Shown here: one piece after another, positions 47,073-57,257 of the stretch | How positions within the stretch are numbered: position 1 is the stretch's first letter | How the letters are laid out: every line of letters starts with the position of its first letter | From: an uncultured Alphaproteobacteria bacterium | GTDB lineage: Bacteria; Pseudomonadota; Alphaproteobacteria; HIMB59 | Assembly (NCBI GenBank): GCA_902522585.1 | Contig: CABYWI010000001.1 | Location: 1 to 58,400, forward strand | Length of the DNA: 58,400 bases | Reading direction: 5' to 3' | Translations under genes and position numbers: made by a program | Notes under the pieces: model-generated | The model's input: the letters and a program-made list of their open reading frames with translations, nothing else | Databases searched by the model: none | Told to the model about the DNA's origin: nothing

Positions 47073-47889
47073 AAAAAATATAGCTATTTCCCTGATTAAA
47101 GACCTTATCCAAGATGATAGGTTTAAAAAAGAAATAATTGATTTGATTTCATCAACATCGGATAGCTCTGGCGTTGCTAGACATGAAGAAAAAAAGATTT
47201 TCAATAACCTTTTAAAAGTTCACAAAAAAACCGTAGATGATGTCATGGTTCCTAGGGGCGAAATCATTTTTATTGATGAAAAAATCGATAAGGAAAATTT
47301 AATTAAAATTATTAACAAAGAGGCCCACTCGCGTATGCCGGTAGTAAAAGGAGAGCTTGAAAACTGTCTTGGAATGGTTCACATCAAGGATTTATTCAAG
47401 AAAATCAATAATAAATCATTCAAGATTAAGAGCCTTTTACGAGAGGTGTTGTTTATCCCCTCAGCGACGCCTGTTTTTAATCTTCTTCAAAAAATGAAAA
47501 AACAAAACATTCATCTTGCGATTGTTATGGATGAATTCAATAGTGTTGCTGGTTTGGTGACCATTGAGGATCTTGTGGAGGAGATTGTTGGTGAAATTGA
47601 AGACGAACATGACAAAGAAGAAGCTCCGATGTATGACCTAAAAAATAATAATCTTGTCATGGATGCCGCAATGTTAGTTGACGATTTTGAAAGAGAGTTT
47701 GATATTTCAATTCCAGATGAGTTAAAAGAAGATGTCGGTACTATTGGAGGAATTATATTTAATTTAGCTGGTCGTATTCCTAAGAAAAAAGAAAAATTTG
47801 CTATAAATAAAAAATTATCATTCACCATACATAAAGTTTCTTCTAGAAAAATTTTAGAAGTAATTGTTCATGGTGTTAAACCTCAATAG
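47062..47889 (+). CDS. corC: CBS-pair/CorC-HlyC domain protein (YbeX/CorC)
   Basis: VMVPR, HSRMPV, GLVTIEDLVEEIVGEIEDEHD. Confidence 0.85.
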   Translation: MKIKKNIAISLIKDLIQDDRFKKEIIDLISSTSDSSGVARHEEKKIFNNLLKVHKKTVDDVMVPRGEIIFIDEKIDKENLIKIINKEAHSRMPVVKGELENCLGMVHIKDLFKKINNKSFKIKSLLREVLFIPSATPVFNLLQKMKKQNIHLAIVMDEFNSVAGLVTIEDLVEEIVGEIEDEHDKEEAPMYDLKNNNLVMDAAMLVDDFEREFDISIPDELKEDVGTIGGIIFNLAGRIPKKKEKFAINKKLSFTIHKVSSRKILEVIVHGVKPQ

Positions 47890-49372
47890 TTTGTCTTTGT
47901 TTCTTTCTCGACAATTCTTAATTATTGTCATCAGTGCATTACTAATCCTTTTATCACTGCCACCATTTGGATTATCTCTTTTTTATTGGATTGGAATAAC
48001 ATTTTTTTTTTATATTTTATTAATTGATCGAACTTTTAAGTTAAAACATATTTTTATTTTTTTTTATTTAATTCAATTCATTAGCTTGATTTGGATTATT
48101 CAATCCTTTTCTTCAGGGGGTTGGGGCTATTTAATCTTAGGATTAATTTTAATTTCTTTTCTTGCAGGATTTATTGCATTCCTTCATTTAGGATCTATTC
48201 AATTAATCTATTATTTTTTTCGAGAAAAAAGTTTATTACCTTTTTTATTGCCTTTAAGTCTATGTATCACAGAATTATTAAAAGAATTTATCATTGGTGG
48301 TTTTCCATGGAACCCTTCTGCAATCATATATTTTAAAAATATTTTTGTACTTAAATCTCTACCTATTGTAGGTGTTTATGGTTTAGGCTTAATCATTCAC
48401 TTAGTTATTGGTTTGATTTTATTTTTTTTAATTAATGGGAAACGCCTCAGCCTTTATATAACAAGTATACTTGTAATTTTTTCTTTTCTTGTCGGCTTTA
48501 TTAAACAACAACCTAATTTTCAGGATGGTGAGGCAGCAGTAAATTTTTTAGTCATTCAGCCTAATATTTATGAGTCATTGGTTAATTATGATGTAATTGA
48601 AAATCTTGAAAAATATGAGCAATTAACTCTTGAAGCGCTGCAATCAAGACCTGAGGCCGATATTATTATTTGGCCAGAGGGCTCTCTTCCAATTGATCTG
48701 AATAATCGACCAGGATTGTTAAAACGATTAGGTAGTATTCTTGGAAATAATCAAAAATTAATCTTAGGCTCAAGTGCTATAGAAAATGATGTCCTGCTTT
48801 ATAATCGTCTTTATGTATTGAATGAGATGGGAGTCATTGAACAGTACTATGATAAACAAAAGCTAGTTCTATTTGGAGAATATGTACCTTGGGTAAAGCC
48901 TTTAGTTAGTCGATTTTTAAATTTAGGGATGAATTATGTTCCTGGCAAAGATCAATCTTTAATTACCTTACCCAATCAAGTAAAGGCAACTCCCATGATT
49001 TGCTTTGAGTCAATATTCGAATACCAATCAATCAATGAAAATATTTGTCTGTCAGATTTGGTGATACAAATATCTAATGATTCTTGGTTTGGCAAATGGT
49101 ATGGCCCACAACAGCATTTAGCAAATTCTTTAATTCGCAGTGTTGAATTTCAAAAAACTCTTATTCGATCAACTCCTTCAGGAGCTTCAGCTGTTATCCA
49201 ACCCAATGGAATCATTTACCATCGTATCGATAACGATCAACGAGGTTACTTTTATTATTCATATAATCCCAGTAATCAAATTAAAAATTGTTCATCAACG
49301 ATATATTATGTTATTAGCTTGTTACTTTTAGTTTTAATTTCTAGTTGGGTATATGTTCGAGTCAAAAAATAA
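47870..49372 (+). CDS. lnt: Apolipoprotein N-acyltransferase
   Basis: GGFPWN, QPNI, WPE, KxKLVLFGEYVP, ICFE, SNDSWF. Confidence 0.9.
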   Translation: MVLNLNSLSLFLSRQFLIIVISALLILLSLPPFGLSLFYWIGITFFFYILLIDRTFKLKHIFIFFYLIQFISLIWIIQSFSSGGWGYLILGLILISFLAGFIAFLHLGSIQLIYYFFREKSLLPFLLPLSLCITELLKEFIIGGFPWNPSAIIYFKNIFVLKSLPIVGVYGLGLIIHLVIGLILFFLINGKRLSLYITSILVIFSFLVGFIKQQPNFQDGEAAVNFLVIQPNIYESLVNYDVIENLEKYEQLTLEALQSRPEADIIIWPEGSLPIDLNNRPGLLKRLGSILGNNQKLILGSSAIENDVLLYNRLYVLNEMGVIEQYYDKQKLVLFGEYVPWVKPLVSRFLNLGMNYVPGKDQSLITLPNQVKATPMICFESIFEYQSINENICLSDLVIQISNDSWFGKWYGPQQHLANSLIRSVEFQKTLIRSTPSGASAVIQPNGIIYHRIDNDQRGYFYYSYNPSNQIKNCSSTIYYVISLLLLVLISSWVYVRVKK

Positions 49373-49997
49373 ATATTTTGGAAGAAAAAAAGGCAAATCT
49401 TTTTCTCGACTCGAACAATTTCAAAAATATTTAGTTCCTCCATCAAAAGATTTTTTTAAACAAATTAAGAAACCGAGGGTTTTAGAAATAGGCATTGGAG
49501 ATGGTGAAAAAATAAGTACTGATGCAAAGCTTTATTCAGAAATTAATTATATTGGTTGTGATATTTTTGCCGATGGTGTTCTTCGTGCTATTCGTAACTC
49601 TAAGGAAAATTCTCTTAAGAACCTTTTTGCCTTTCATCTAAACATTCAAGATATTCTCCCTTATATTCCAGCTAAATACTTTGATGGCATTCGAGTTTTC
49701 TTTCCTGATCCTTGGCCTAAAACAAAACATAAAAGAAGAAGAACCTTTAATGGTGAGTTACTTCAAACGTTGAGCCCAAAGTTAAAGAAAAATGGCTATA
49801 TTCATTTTGCTACTGATCATGGTGATTATTTTTTAGATGCCCTAGTTTTATTACAGGATCAAGGATATCGGATGGATAATATCAGTCCTAATTCTTGGAA
49901 ATACAATGAATATAACGCTTTAGATACGAAATTTGAGAAAAAAGCCTTAGACAAAAATCATAAATTATTCTATTTTAGCGTTCTTAAAAATTATTAA
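49353..49997 (+). CDS. trmB: tRNA (guanine-N7)-methyltransferase
   Basis: LEIGIGDG, FPDPWPKTKHKRRR, FATD, TKFEKK. Confidence 0.9.
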   Translation: MFESKNKYFGRKKGKSFSRLEQFQKYLVPPSKDFFKQIKKPRVLEIGIGDGEKISTDAKLYSEINYIGCDIFADGVLRAIRNSKENSLKNLFAFHLNIQDILPYIPAKYFDGIRVFFPDPWPKTKHKRRRTFNGELLQTLSPKLKKNGYIHFATDHGDYFLDALVLLQDQGYRMDNISPNSWKYNEYNALDTKFEKKALDKNHKLFYFSVLKNY

Positions 49998-50009
49998 CCA
50001 ACAAGAGAG

Positions 50010-50036
50010 AAGGTGGGTTATCCCGCCTTTTTTTTT
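50010..50036 (+). terminator. rimP-leader-like hairpin/attenuator directly upstream of nusA
   Basis: AAGGTGGG-TTAT-CCCGCCTT followed by a T run, ending 15 nt before the nusA ATG. Confidence 0.7.
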
Positions 50037-50051
50037 AACTAGAAAAGATAA

Positions 50052-51554
50052 ATGCTAAATAACACAGAAATTTTGAAAGTTGCCGAAGTCGTCTCTCAGG
50101 AGAAGGGCATCGAAATGGATATCGTAATGGAGGCTCTTGAAGAGTCTTTTGAAATAATTGGAAAATCAAAATATGGAATGGAAAATAATATTAAAGCTTC
50201 CATAGATCGTTTTACGGGAAATATTTCCATGTCCCATATTAAAGATGTAGTAGAAACTATAGACCCCGTTTTACAATCTAATCAAATACTTCTAGATCTA
50301 GCAAAGAAATATGATGTTAATGCAGAAGTTGGAAAGCAAGTAACAATTCCTCTTCCTGCTGTTAATTTTGGTCGTGTGACTGCAAATATGGCTCGACAAG
50401 TTATTTATTCTCGAGTTCGTGAAGCGGAAAAGAGAAGACAATTTAATGACTTCAAAGATCGTGTTGGAGAAGTTTTATCTGGTATCGTGAAAAGAATTGA
50501 GTTTGGAAATATCATCGTTGACTTAGGAAAAGCTGAGGGCTTTTTACGTAAAGATGAATTAATTCCTAGAGAAAATTTTAAAACTGGGGATCGTATTCGA
50601 GCTTATTTCTTTGATATTAAGGAAGAAGCTAAAGGTCATCAGATATTTTTATCAAGAACCCACCCTCAATTTATGGCAAAACTTTTTGTTCAAGAGGTCC
50701 CAGAAATTTATGAAGGACAAATTGAAATTTTATCTGTTGCTCGAGATCCGGGAAGCCGAGGAAAAATTACTGTTCGCGCAAACGATAAATCTATTGATCC
50801 TGTTGGCGCCTGTGTGGGAATGAGAGGTTCTCGTGTTCAAGCTATTGTTAATGAACTCCAAGGAGAGAAGATTGATATTGTTAATTGGAATGATGTTAAA
50901 TCCATTTACGTTCAGCACGCAATTGCTCCAGCCCAAGTAGCGAAAGTAAATGAATTTCAAGACTCCAATCGTGTGGAAGTAGTGTTACCAGAAGATCAAT
51001 TAAGTATTGCGATTGGTCGTCGTGGTCAAAATGTTAAATTAGCCTCTATATTAACAGGTTTGGAGATTGATATCCTTACGGAAAAAGAGGATGCAGAAAG
51101 ACGCCAAGAGGAATTTAAAAAAATTACTACTTTATTCGCAGAGAAGTTGGATCTCGAAGATATGATTGCACAATTATTAGTGGTCGAGGGATACACAAGT
51201 ATAGAAAAAATTGCTGATGCTTCTGTGACGGATATTGAGAAAATCGAAGGTTTTGACGGTGAGTTAGCAGCAGAGATCTATAATCGCGCTTCTCAACATA
51301 TGGCCAATGAAAAAGCAGAATTAGAAAAACTAATTCAAGAGTCAAGCTTAGATGATTATATGAAAGCTATAGCTGAGCTAGATCATAAGATGCTCGCAAC
51401 TTTGATTGAGAATAAAATTCTTACTAGACAAGACTTAGCAGATCTAGCAACTGATGAATTAGTTGGCAAAGAGGGTATTCTTCAAAAAAGAGTTGAAAAA
51501 TCTATTGCTGAAAAAATAATTATGGATGCCAGGGAGATTTATCTTAGTAGCTAA
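50052..51554 (+). CDS. nusA: Transcription elongation factor NusA
   Basis: S1 and KH domains, ARDPGSR, DPVGACVGMRGSRVQ, AIGRRGQNV, C-terminal acidic repeats. Confidence 0.96.
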   Translation: MLNNTEILKVAEVVSQEKGIEMDIVMEALEESFEIIGKSKYGMENNIKASIDRFTGNISMSHIKDVVETIDPVLQSNQILLDLAKKYDVNAEVGKQVTIPLPAVNFGRVTANMARQVIYSRVREAEKRRQFNDFKDRVGEVLSGIVKRIEFGNIIVDLGKAEGFLRKDELIPRENFKTGDRIRAYFFDIKEEAKGHQIFLSRTHPQFMAKLFVQEVPEIYEGQIEILSVARDPGSRGKITVRANDKSIDPVGACVGMRGSRVQAIVNELQGEKIDIVNWNDVKSIYVQHAIAPAQVAKVNEFQDSNRVEVVLPEDQLSIAIGRRGQNVKLASILTGLEIDILTEKEDAERRQEEFKKITTLFAEKLDLEDMIAQLLVVEGYTSIEKIADASVTDIEKIEGFDGELAAEIYNRASQHMANEKAELEKLIQESSLDDYMKAIAELDHKMLATLIENKILTRQDLADLATDELVGKEGILQKRVEKSIAEKIIMDAREIYLSS

Positions 51555-51565
51555 GAATTATATTT

Positions 51566-53575
51566 ATGACAAAAGATAATAAGACTACAACACCCCCACC
51601 CAAAAGTCCTGCCACAGGTACTGCTAGTGGAGCTACACCTCGTAAAAAACTTACACTCAACACGACTGCCTTTCAAAAAAAACTGTCCTCAATATCAGTG
51701 AATAATATCTTAGAAGAGGAGCCAGATTATGAAAAGATGCCAAGCTTGGCTAAAACAAAAAGAAATCGTGAAAAACAAAATAAAAAATTTAAACCTAATT
51801 TAACAAGCTCTCAAAAGATTGTCCGTGAAGTTGATATTCCTGTAAAAATTTCTGTTCAGGAATTAGCTAGTCGTATGTCTGAAAAAACTGGAGATGTAGT
51901 AAAGTCTTTGATGAAAAGTGGTGTGATGGCTACAGCTAACCAATATATTGATGGCGATACTGCCGAATTAATTGTTACCGAATTTGGCCATACTCCTAAA
52001 AGAGAAGAGGCCATTAGTTTAAAAGATGAAATTTCCAATCTACAAAAAACATCGAACTCAAATATTAAAGCTCGACCTCCAATCGTTACAGTGATGGGTC
52101 ACGTCGATCATGGAAAAACATCACTTTTAGATGCTTTAAGAAATACCAATGTCACTGCTCGAGAGTCGGGTGGAATTACACAGCATATTGGCGCCTATCA
52201 AATTCAACATAAAAAAAATCCTATTACTTTTTTAGACACTCCTGGTCATGCAGCATTTTCTAATATTCGTTCTCGTGGTGCTAGCTTAACTGATGTGGTT
52301 GTTTTAGTAGTTGCTGCTAATGACAGTGTAAAGCCTCAAACGATTGAAGCTATTTCTCATGCAAAAGCTGCAGGCGTACCTATTGTTCTTGCAATTAATA
52401 AAATGGACTTACCTGACGTGGATCCCAACATTGTCCGTAATGATTTATTAAGTCATGAAGTTGTTGTAGAAAGTTATAGCGGGGATGTGTTAGAGACAGA
52501 AATCTCAGCTGTTAAAAAAACCAATCTCGATAAACTTTTAGATAATATTCTTCTGCAAATTGAAATTTTGAATTTGAATGTCGAACATAACAAACTAGCG
52601 GAAGCAATTGTTGTAGAATCAAAAATAGAAACAGGTAAAGGTTCGGTTGCCACAGTTATTATCAAAAATGGTACTTTAAAAGAGGGAGATCACTTTACTT
52701 GTGGTTCTGCTTTTGGTCGTGTTCGTGCTCTTATGGATGAAGAAGGAAGAAGAGTGAAGACTGCCCCTCCAGGAATGCCAGTAGAGGTTTTAGGCTTTGA
52801 CTCAGTTCCCCAAGCTGGTGATGTCATGTATGTGATGCCCAACGAAGAAACTGCAAAAGATATTACCGAAAAAGTTAAAGAACAAAAAAAATTAGAAAAC
52901 ACAGCATCTGTAACTAAATCTTCTTTAGAAGAAATGATGGCTAATGTTTCTAAAGGAGAGGTAAAGAAACTACCTATTATCGTCAAAGCAGACGTGCAGG
53001 GATCATTAGAAGCGATTGTAGCCTCTCTAGAAAAAGTAGGAAATGATGAAGTCCAAATTAACGTTATTCATAATGCCATTGGTGCGATTAACGAAAGTGA
53101 TGTGAGCTTAGCTAATTCTGCTCAAGGTGTCGTAATCGGATTTAATATTCGTGCGATCCCACAAGCTCGTACCATAGCAAAGAGAGACAAAGTAGATATT
53201 CGCTATTATTCAATTATTTATGAATTAATTGATGATATGAAGAAAATGCTATCAGGCCTCCTAACTCCTGATACAAAAGAAGAAATCATTGGTCACGCAG
53301 AGGTTAGAGATACCTTTAGTTCATCAAAATTTGGTACAATTGCTGGTTGTTTCGTTACCAACGGCTATGTTTCAAATTCTGCAAAAATTAGACTTGTTCG
53401 TGAAGGTAAGATCATTCATGAGGGGGAAGTAGGAACACTTAAGCGCTTCAAAGATGATGTCAAAGAAGTCCGTGAAAACTATGAGTGCGGCATCTCCTTT
53501 AAAGATTACTCTGATATCTTAGTAAAAGATGAAATTGAGTTTTATATAACTAAGGAAGTTCAAAAAGAATTATAG
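51566..53575 (+). CDS. infB: Translation initiation factor IF-2 (short N-terminus)
   Basis: GHVDHGKT, GGITQHIGAY, DTPGH, NKMD, LKRFKDDV. Confidence 0.96.
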   Translation: MTKDNKTTTPPPKSPATGTASGATPRKKLTLNTTAFQKKLSSISVNNILEEEPDYEKMPSLAKTKRNREKQNKKFKPNLTSSQKIVREVDIPVKISVQELASRMSEKTGDVVKSLMKSGVMATANQYIDGDTAELIVTEFGHTPKREEAISLKDEISNLQKTSNSNIKARPPIVTVMGHVDHGKTSLLDALRNTNVTARESGGITQHIGAYQIQHKKNPITFLDTPGHAAFSNIRSRGASLTDVVVLVVAANDSVKPQTIEAISHAKAAGVPIVLAINKMDLPDVDPNIVRNDLLSHEVVVESYSGDVLETEISAVKKTNLDKLLDNILLQIEILNLNVEHNKLAEAIVVESKIETGKGSVATVIIKNGTLKEGDHFTCGSAFGRVRALMDEEGRRVKTAPPGMPVEVLGFDSVPQAGDVMYVMPNEETAKDITEKVKEQKKLENTASVTKSSLEEMMANVSKGEVKKLPIIVKADVQGSLEAIVASLEKVGNDEVQINVIHNAIGAINESDVSLANSAQGVVIGFNIRAIPQARTIAKRDKVDIRYYSIIYELIDDMKKMLSGLLTPDTKEEIIGHAEVRDTFSSSKFGTIAGCFVTNGYVSNSAKIRLVREGKIIHEGEVGTLKRFKDDVKEVRENYECGISFKDYSDILVKDEIEFYITKEVQKEL

Positions 53576-53576
53576 T

Positions 53577-53921
53577 GTGGACAACAAACCGAGTTTTCGT
53601 ACCAAAAAAATTGAACTCTCAATTAAACGATTAGTATCCGAATACCTCGTTACTCACCGAGACTATCTTAGTAAATTTCCCAAACTACGCTTCGAGATTA
53701 CAAGTGTGAAAGTGAGTAAAGATCTTCGATTTGCAAAAATTTTTTTAATTCATAATATTACTGAAGAAGAGTTTACTCATTTTAACAAACTCTACTTACA
53801 TGGTATTCAAAACTTAATTGCGAATACTTTAACAAGTAAGTATACCCCTAAGGTCTCTCTCATCTTTGATCAAACGTTCCAAGATTCTTTAAAAGTACAA
53901 TCACTTCTCGACTCACTTTAG
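53577..53921 (+). CDS. rbfA: Ribosome-binding factor A
   Basis: ITSVKVSKDLRFAKIF, YTPKVSLIFD; position after infB. Confidence 0.8.
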   Translation: MDNKPSFRTKKIELSIKRLVSEYLVTHRDYLSKFPKLRFEITSVKVSKDLRFAKIFLIHNITEEEFTHFNKLYLHGIQNLIANTLTSKYTPKVSLIFDQTFQDSLKVQSLLDSL

Positions 53922-53926
53922 AAGCG

Positions 53927-54622
53927 ATGAAACAAAAATTCACATCTAATGGCTGGTTAGTGGTCAATAAGCCAGAAGGCGTCGAGTCTTTTGGCGTTAT
54001 TCGAAAATTAAAATTTCGTTATAAATTTCATAAAATAGGTTTTGCGGGAACACTTGATCCTTTAGCCTCTGGTATTTTATTAATTGGAATTAACAAAGCG
54101 ACAAAGCTGATACCTAAAATACATCTTTCCAATAAAAGCTATGAAGTCCAAGTGCGCTTTGGTGCAACGACCCCAACTCTTGACTCAGAGGGCCGATACA
54201 CTTCTTTAGAACCAGTCTCTCATGATCTTCAAGATCGAATTCATCACATCAAAAAATTTATAGGAACTTACCAGCAAAAAATTCCAAATTTTTCTGCTCA
54301 TAAAAAAAAAGGAAAAAATTTTTATCAATTAGCGAGAAATAATGAAGAGATGGAAGAGCGATATAAACTAGTATCCATTAGCTCTTTGAGGGTCATATAC
54401 TCTAATCCCTCCGAAATAGGAATTGAGCTTGAATGCCAAACAGGTTTTTATGTTAGGGCCTTTGCCTCCGATTTAGCCTCTTCTATGGGAGATAAAGGTT
54501 ATGCATCTTATATAAAAAGACTGAAAATAGGAGAGTTTTCAATGGACCACTCCGTGGATTATGAGAATATCCTTGATTTTTCAAGCATAAATGATTTAGA
54601 TACCAACTTGATTTCCATTTGA
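53927..54622 (+). CDS. truB: tRNA pseudouridine 55 synthase (no PUA domain)
   Basis: NKPEG, GTLDPLASG, TxTLDSEG, PNFSA, GFYVR. Confidence 0.88.
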   Translation: MKQKFTSNGWLVVNKPEGVESFGVIRKLKFRYKFHKIGFAGTLDPLASGILLIGINKATKLIPKIHLSNKSYEVQVRFGATTPTLDSEGRYTSLEPVSHDLQDRIHHIKKFIGTYQQKIPNFSAHKKKGKNFYQLARNNEEMEERYKLVSISSLRVIYSNPSEIGIELECQTGFYVRAFASDLASSMGDKGYASYIKRLKIGEFSMDHSVDYENILDFSSINDLDTNLISI

Positions 54623-54676
54623 TCTGGGCGACATCCTGGACAAATGATGTTTACTTTGAAAGGAGTATTGATGTCG
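54616..54676 (+). promoter_or_regulatory. Putative S15 autoregulatory mRNA leader (hairpin plus pseudoknot over the start codon)
   Basis: CATTTG/CAAATG and TCTGGG/CCTGGA stems; CGACATC (54629-54635) is the exact reverse complement of GATGTCG (54670-54676) spanning the rpsO AUG. Confidence 0.7.
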
Positions 54677-54925
54677 GATATACAAATTAACGATATAGCG
54701 CGTGCTGAAAATGATACCGGTTCTCCGGAGTCACAAATTTTTTTTCTCACTCAGAAAATTAATCTGTTAACAGAACATATCAAAGTTCATAAGAAGGATT
54801 TTCATTCTCGAAGAGGTCTGCTCATGATGGTTGGTAAAAGAAATAGATTGATGGCGTATTTAAAGAAGAAGAATGTTGGAAAGTACACAGAAGTAGCAGA
54901 CAAATTAAAGCTAAGAAAAAAGTAA
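54671..54925 (+). CDS. rpsO: 30S ribosomal protein S15
   Basis: [26 protein letters not shown]; AAGGAG RBS supports ATG 54671. Confidence 0.95.
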   Translation: MSDIQINDIARAENDTGSPESQIFFLTQKINLLTEHIKVHKKDFHSRRGLLMMVGKRNRLMAYLKKKNVGKYTEVADKLKLRKK

Positions 54926-54960
54926 AAGCTTTTTCTTAGTTGTAGGTAGAAAAGAGGAAA

Positions 54961-57024
54961 ATGAAAATAGAACATACCTTTACGTTGGGTAACCAACAAA
55001 TCACACTTGAAACTAATCGAATAGCCAAACAAGCTGACGCATCAGTTGTAGTTTACTGTGGTGAGACCATGGTAATGGCTAATATTTGTGCAGCAAAGTC
55101 ACAAAAACCTGATATCGATTTTTTTCCACTAACGGTTAATTATCAGGAAAAATATTATGCATCTGGAAAAATTCCAGGTGGATTTTTTAAAAGAGAGGCT
55201 CGACCAACTGAACGTGAGACTTTAATTAGTCGTTTAATTGATCGACCTATTCGACCTTTATTTCATAAAAATTTTAAAAATGAAACTCAGGTAATTCTTA
55301 CTGTTCTTTCTTATGACGGAACGGTTGATCCTGATGTGATCGCAATGTACGCTGCTGGTGCTGCATTAGCAATTTCAGGCTTGCCGGTTGCAGGAACCCT
55401 TGGAGCTGCTCGTGTTGGATATATTGATGGTCAACTAGTGGCTAATCCAACGATTCAAGAGATGGAAAATTCCGAACTTGATCTTGTTCTAGCTGGAACA
55501 GAAGAAGGTGTTTTAATGGTGGAGTCAGAAGCACAAGAGCTTCCTGAAAGCACGATGCTTGATGCCGTGAACTTTGGTCATGAATTTTACCAAAACTTCA
55601 TCAAGGAAGTTCAAACTTTTGCGGGAAAAACAGAGATTAAAACTTTTGAAGTTCCAAGCCTTCCAGAATTTTATGAAGGTCTTCAAAAAGATATCACTGG
55701 TAAAATTGCTGATCCTATTCGTGAAGCCTACGGCCTTGTTGATAAACAAGAAAGAAGCCAAAAGCTTAGTGAAATCAGATCTTCTATCATTGACAATGTA
55801 GAAGATGATCAAGTCTTAGCTGCCACGACTATTATTAAAGACATTGAAAAAGATGTTGTTCGTGGTGACATTATTAAGAACAAAAGCCGTATTGATGGTC
55901 GAAAGCTTGATGAAGTTAGACAAATTACTTGTGAGTTAGACATTCTACCTCGTGCACACGGCTCTAGTTTATTTACTAGAGGCGAGACCCAAGCTTTAGT
56001 GGTCACCACTTTAGGTACTGGTGATGATGAGCAGATGATTGACTCTTTAGATCCCATGCACAAACAACACTTTATGTTGCACTATAACTTCCCTCCTTAT
56101 TCTGTAGGAGAGGTTGGTAGAATGGGCGCTACTGGAAGAAGAGAAATCGGTCATGGTAAGCTTGCTTGGCGTGCTGTTCATCCAATGCTCCCAAAGAAAG
56201 AAGACTTCCCATATACGCTAAGACTAGTATCTGAGATAACCGAGTCGAATGGCTCAAGCTCCATGGCCACTGTATGCGGCTCATCCCTTGCTTTAATGGC
56301 AGCAGGTGTTCCAATCAAAAAACATATTGGTGGTATTGCGATGGGTCTAATTAAAGAAGGAGATGATTTTGTTGTATTGAGCGACATCTTAGGAGATGAA
56401 GATCACCTAGGTGACATGGACTTTAAAGTTGCTGGTACAATGGACGGTATTACTTCTCTTCAAATGGATATTAAAATTACGAGTATCACCAAAGAGATTA
56501 TGGAAATTGCACTTAACCAGGCATCTGGTGGAAGAAAGCACATCATTGGAATAATGAATGAAGCTCTTCCTGAGACCAGATCCAAGTTCTCCAAGCATGC
56601 TCCTCAAATCATCTCTATCACTATTGATAAAGCGAAGATTAAAGATGTGATCGGATCTGGTGGTAAAGTTATCAAGAACATCGTTGAAGTCTCTGGTGCA
56701 AAACTAGAAGTTAACGATGATGGAATTGTTAAAATTGCATCTAGTAACGAGGAGTCTATTAACATCGCTAAACAAATGGTGGAAGATATTGTAGCAGAAC
56801 CAGAAGTAGGGAAAGTCTACAATGGTAAAGTTGTCAAAATTGTTGATTTTGGCGCTTTCGTAAACTTTATGGGCGCTCGTGATGGACTTTTACACGTCTC
56901 TCAAATCTCTCAAAAAAGAGTAGAGAATGTCTCTGATGTTTTATCAGAAGGTCAAGAAGTCCAAGTGAAAGTTCTCGACGTTGATCGTGCGGGCAAAGTA
57001 AAGCTCAGCATGAAAGAAGTCTAA
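54961..57024 (+). CDS. pnp: Polynucleotide phosphorylase
   Basis: [41 protein letters not shown] and S1 domains. Confidence 0.97.
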   Translation: MKIEHTFTLGNQQITLETNRIAKQADASVVVYCGETMVMANICAAKSQKPDIDFFPLTVNYQEKYYASGKIPGGFFKREARPTERETLISRLIDRPIRPLFHKNFKNETQVILTVLSYDGTVDPDVIAMYAAGAALAISGLPVAGTLGAARVGYIDGQLVANPTIQEMENSELDLVLAGTEEGVLMVESEAQELPESTMLDAVNFGHEFYQNFIKEVQTFAGKTEIKTFEVPSLPEFYEGLQKDITGKIADPIREAYGLVDKQERSQKLSEIRSSIIDNVEDDQVLAATTIIKDIEKDVVRGDIIKNKSRIDGRKLDEVRQITCELDILPRAHGSSLFTRGETQALVVTTLGTGDDEQMIDSLDPMHKQHFMLHYNFPPYSVGEVGRMGATGRREIGHGKLAWRAVHPMLPKKEDFPYTLRLVSEITESNGSSSMATVCGSSLALMAAGVPIKKHIGGIAMGLIKEGDDFVVLSDILGDEDHLGDMDFKVAGTMDGITSLQMDIKITSITKEIMEIALNQASGGRKHIIGIMNEALPETRSKFSKHAPQIISITIDKAKIKDVIGSGGKVIKNIVEVSGAKLEVNDDGIVKIASSNEESINIAKQMVEDIVAEPEVGKVYNGKVVKIVDFGAFVNFMGARDGLLHVSQISQKRVENVSDVLSEGQEVQVKVLDVDRAGKVKLSMKEV

Positions 57025-57033
57025 AGAAAATTA

Positions 57034-57069
57034 TTAGTAGCGCAGAAAAATTTTTATCTGCGCTACTAA
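57034..57069. terminator. Probable bidirectional terminator between pnp and the convergent fab-lipoprotein genes
   Basis: TTAGTAGCGCAGA / TCTGCGCTACTAA, 13 bp perfect inverted repeat. Confidence 0.8.
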
Positions 57070-57100
57070 AATCACTAAAAACTCTTTCTTTATTAAGTAG

Positions 57101-57256
57101 TTATTTATCTGAGACAGGTCTGCCTGAAACAGCGTCTCTAGAGTATATGTAAACTGCCTTTGCATCTCTTCCCACACCCTTAGCTGTTCCCATAACAGTA
57201 TTACAGCTCGTTAGAGCAAAAAAGCTTACTACAGAGATTGCAAAAAAAAATTTCAT
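57101..57256 (-). CDS. Entericidin (EcnB-like) small lipoprotein, 51 aa (not in ORF track)
   Basis: MKFFFAISVVSFFALTSC-NTVMGTAKGVGRDAKAVYIYSRDAVSGRPVSDK*; lipobox LTSC plus CNT..G...GVGxD. Confidence 0.75.
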   Translation of the reverse strand: MKFFFAISVVSFFALTSCNTVMGTAKGVGRDAKAVYIYSRDAVSGRPVSDK

Positions 57257-57257
57257 A

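Noticed and set aside
1047-56607. Numerous 60-105 aa ORFs nested in or antisense to long genes (for example 1047-1238, 9880-10116, 47511-47828, 52690-52986, 55525-55812)
   Set aside because: They overlap well-supported genes and show no motifs; shadow frames
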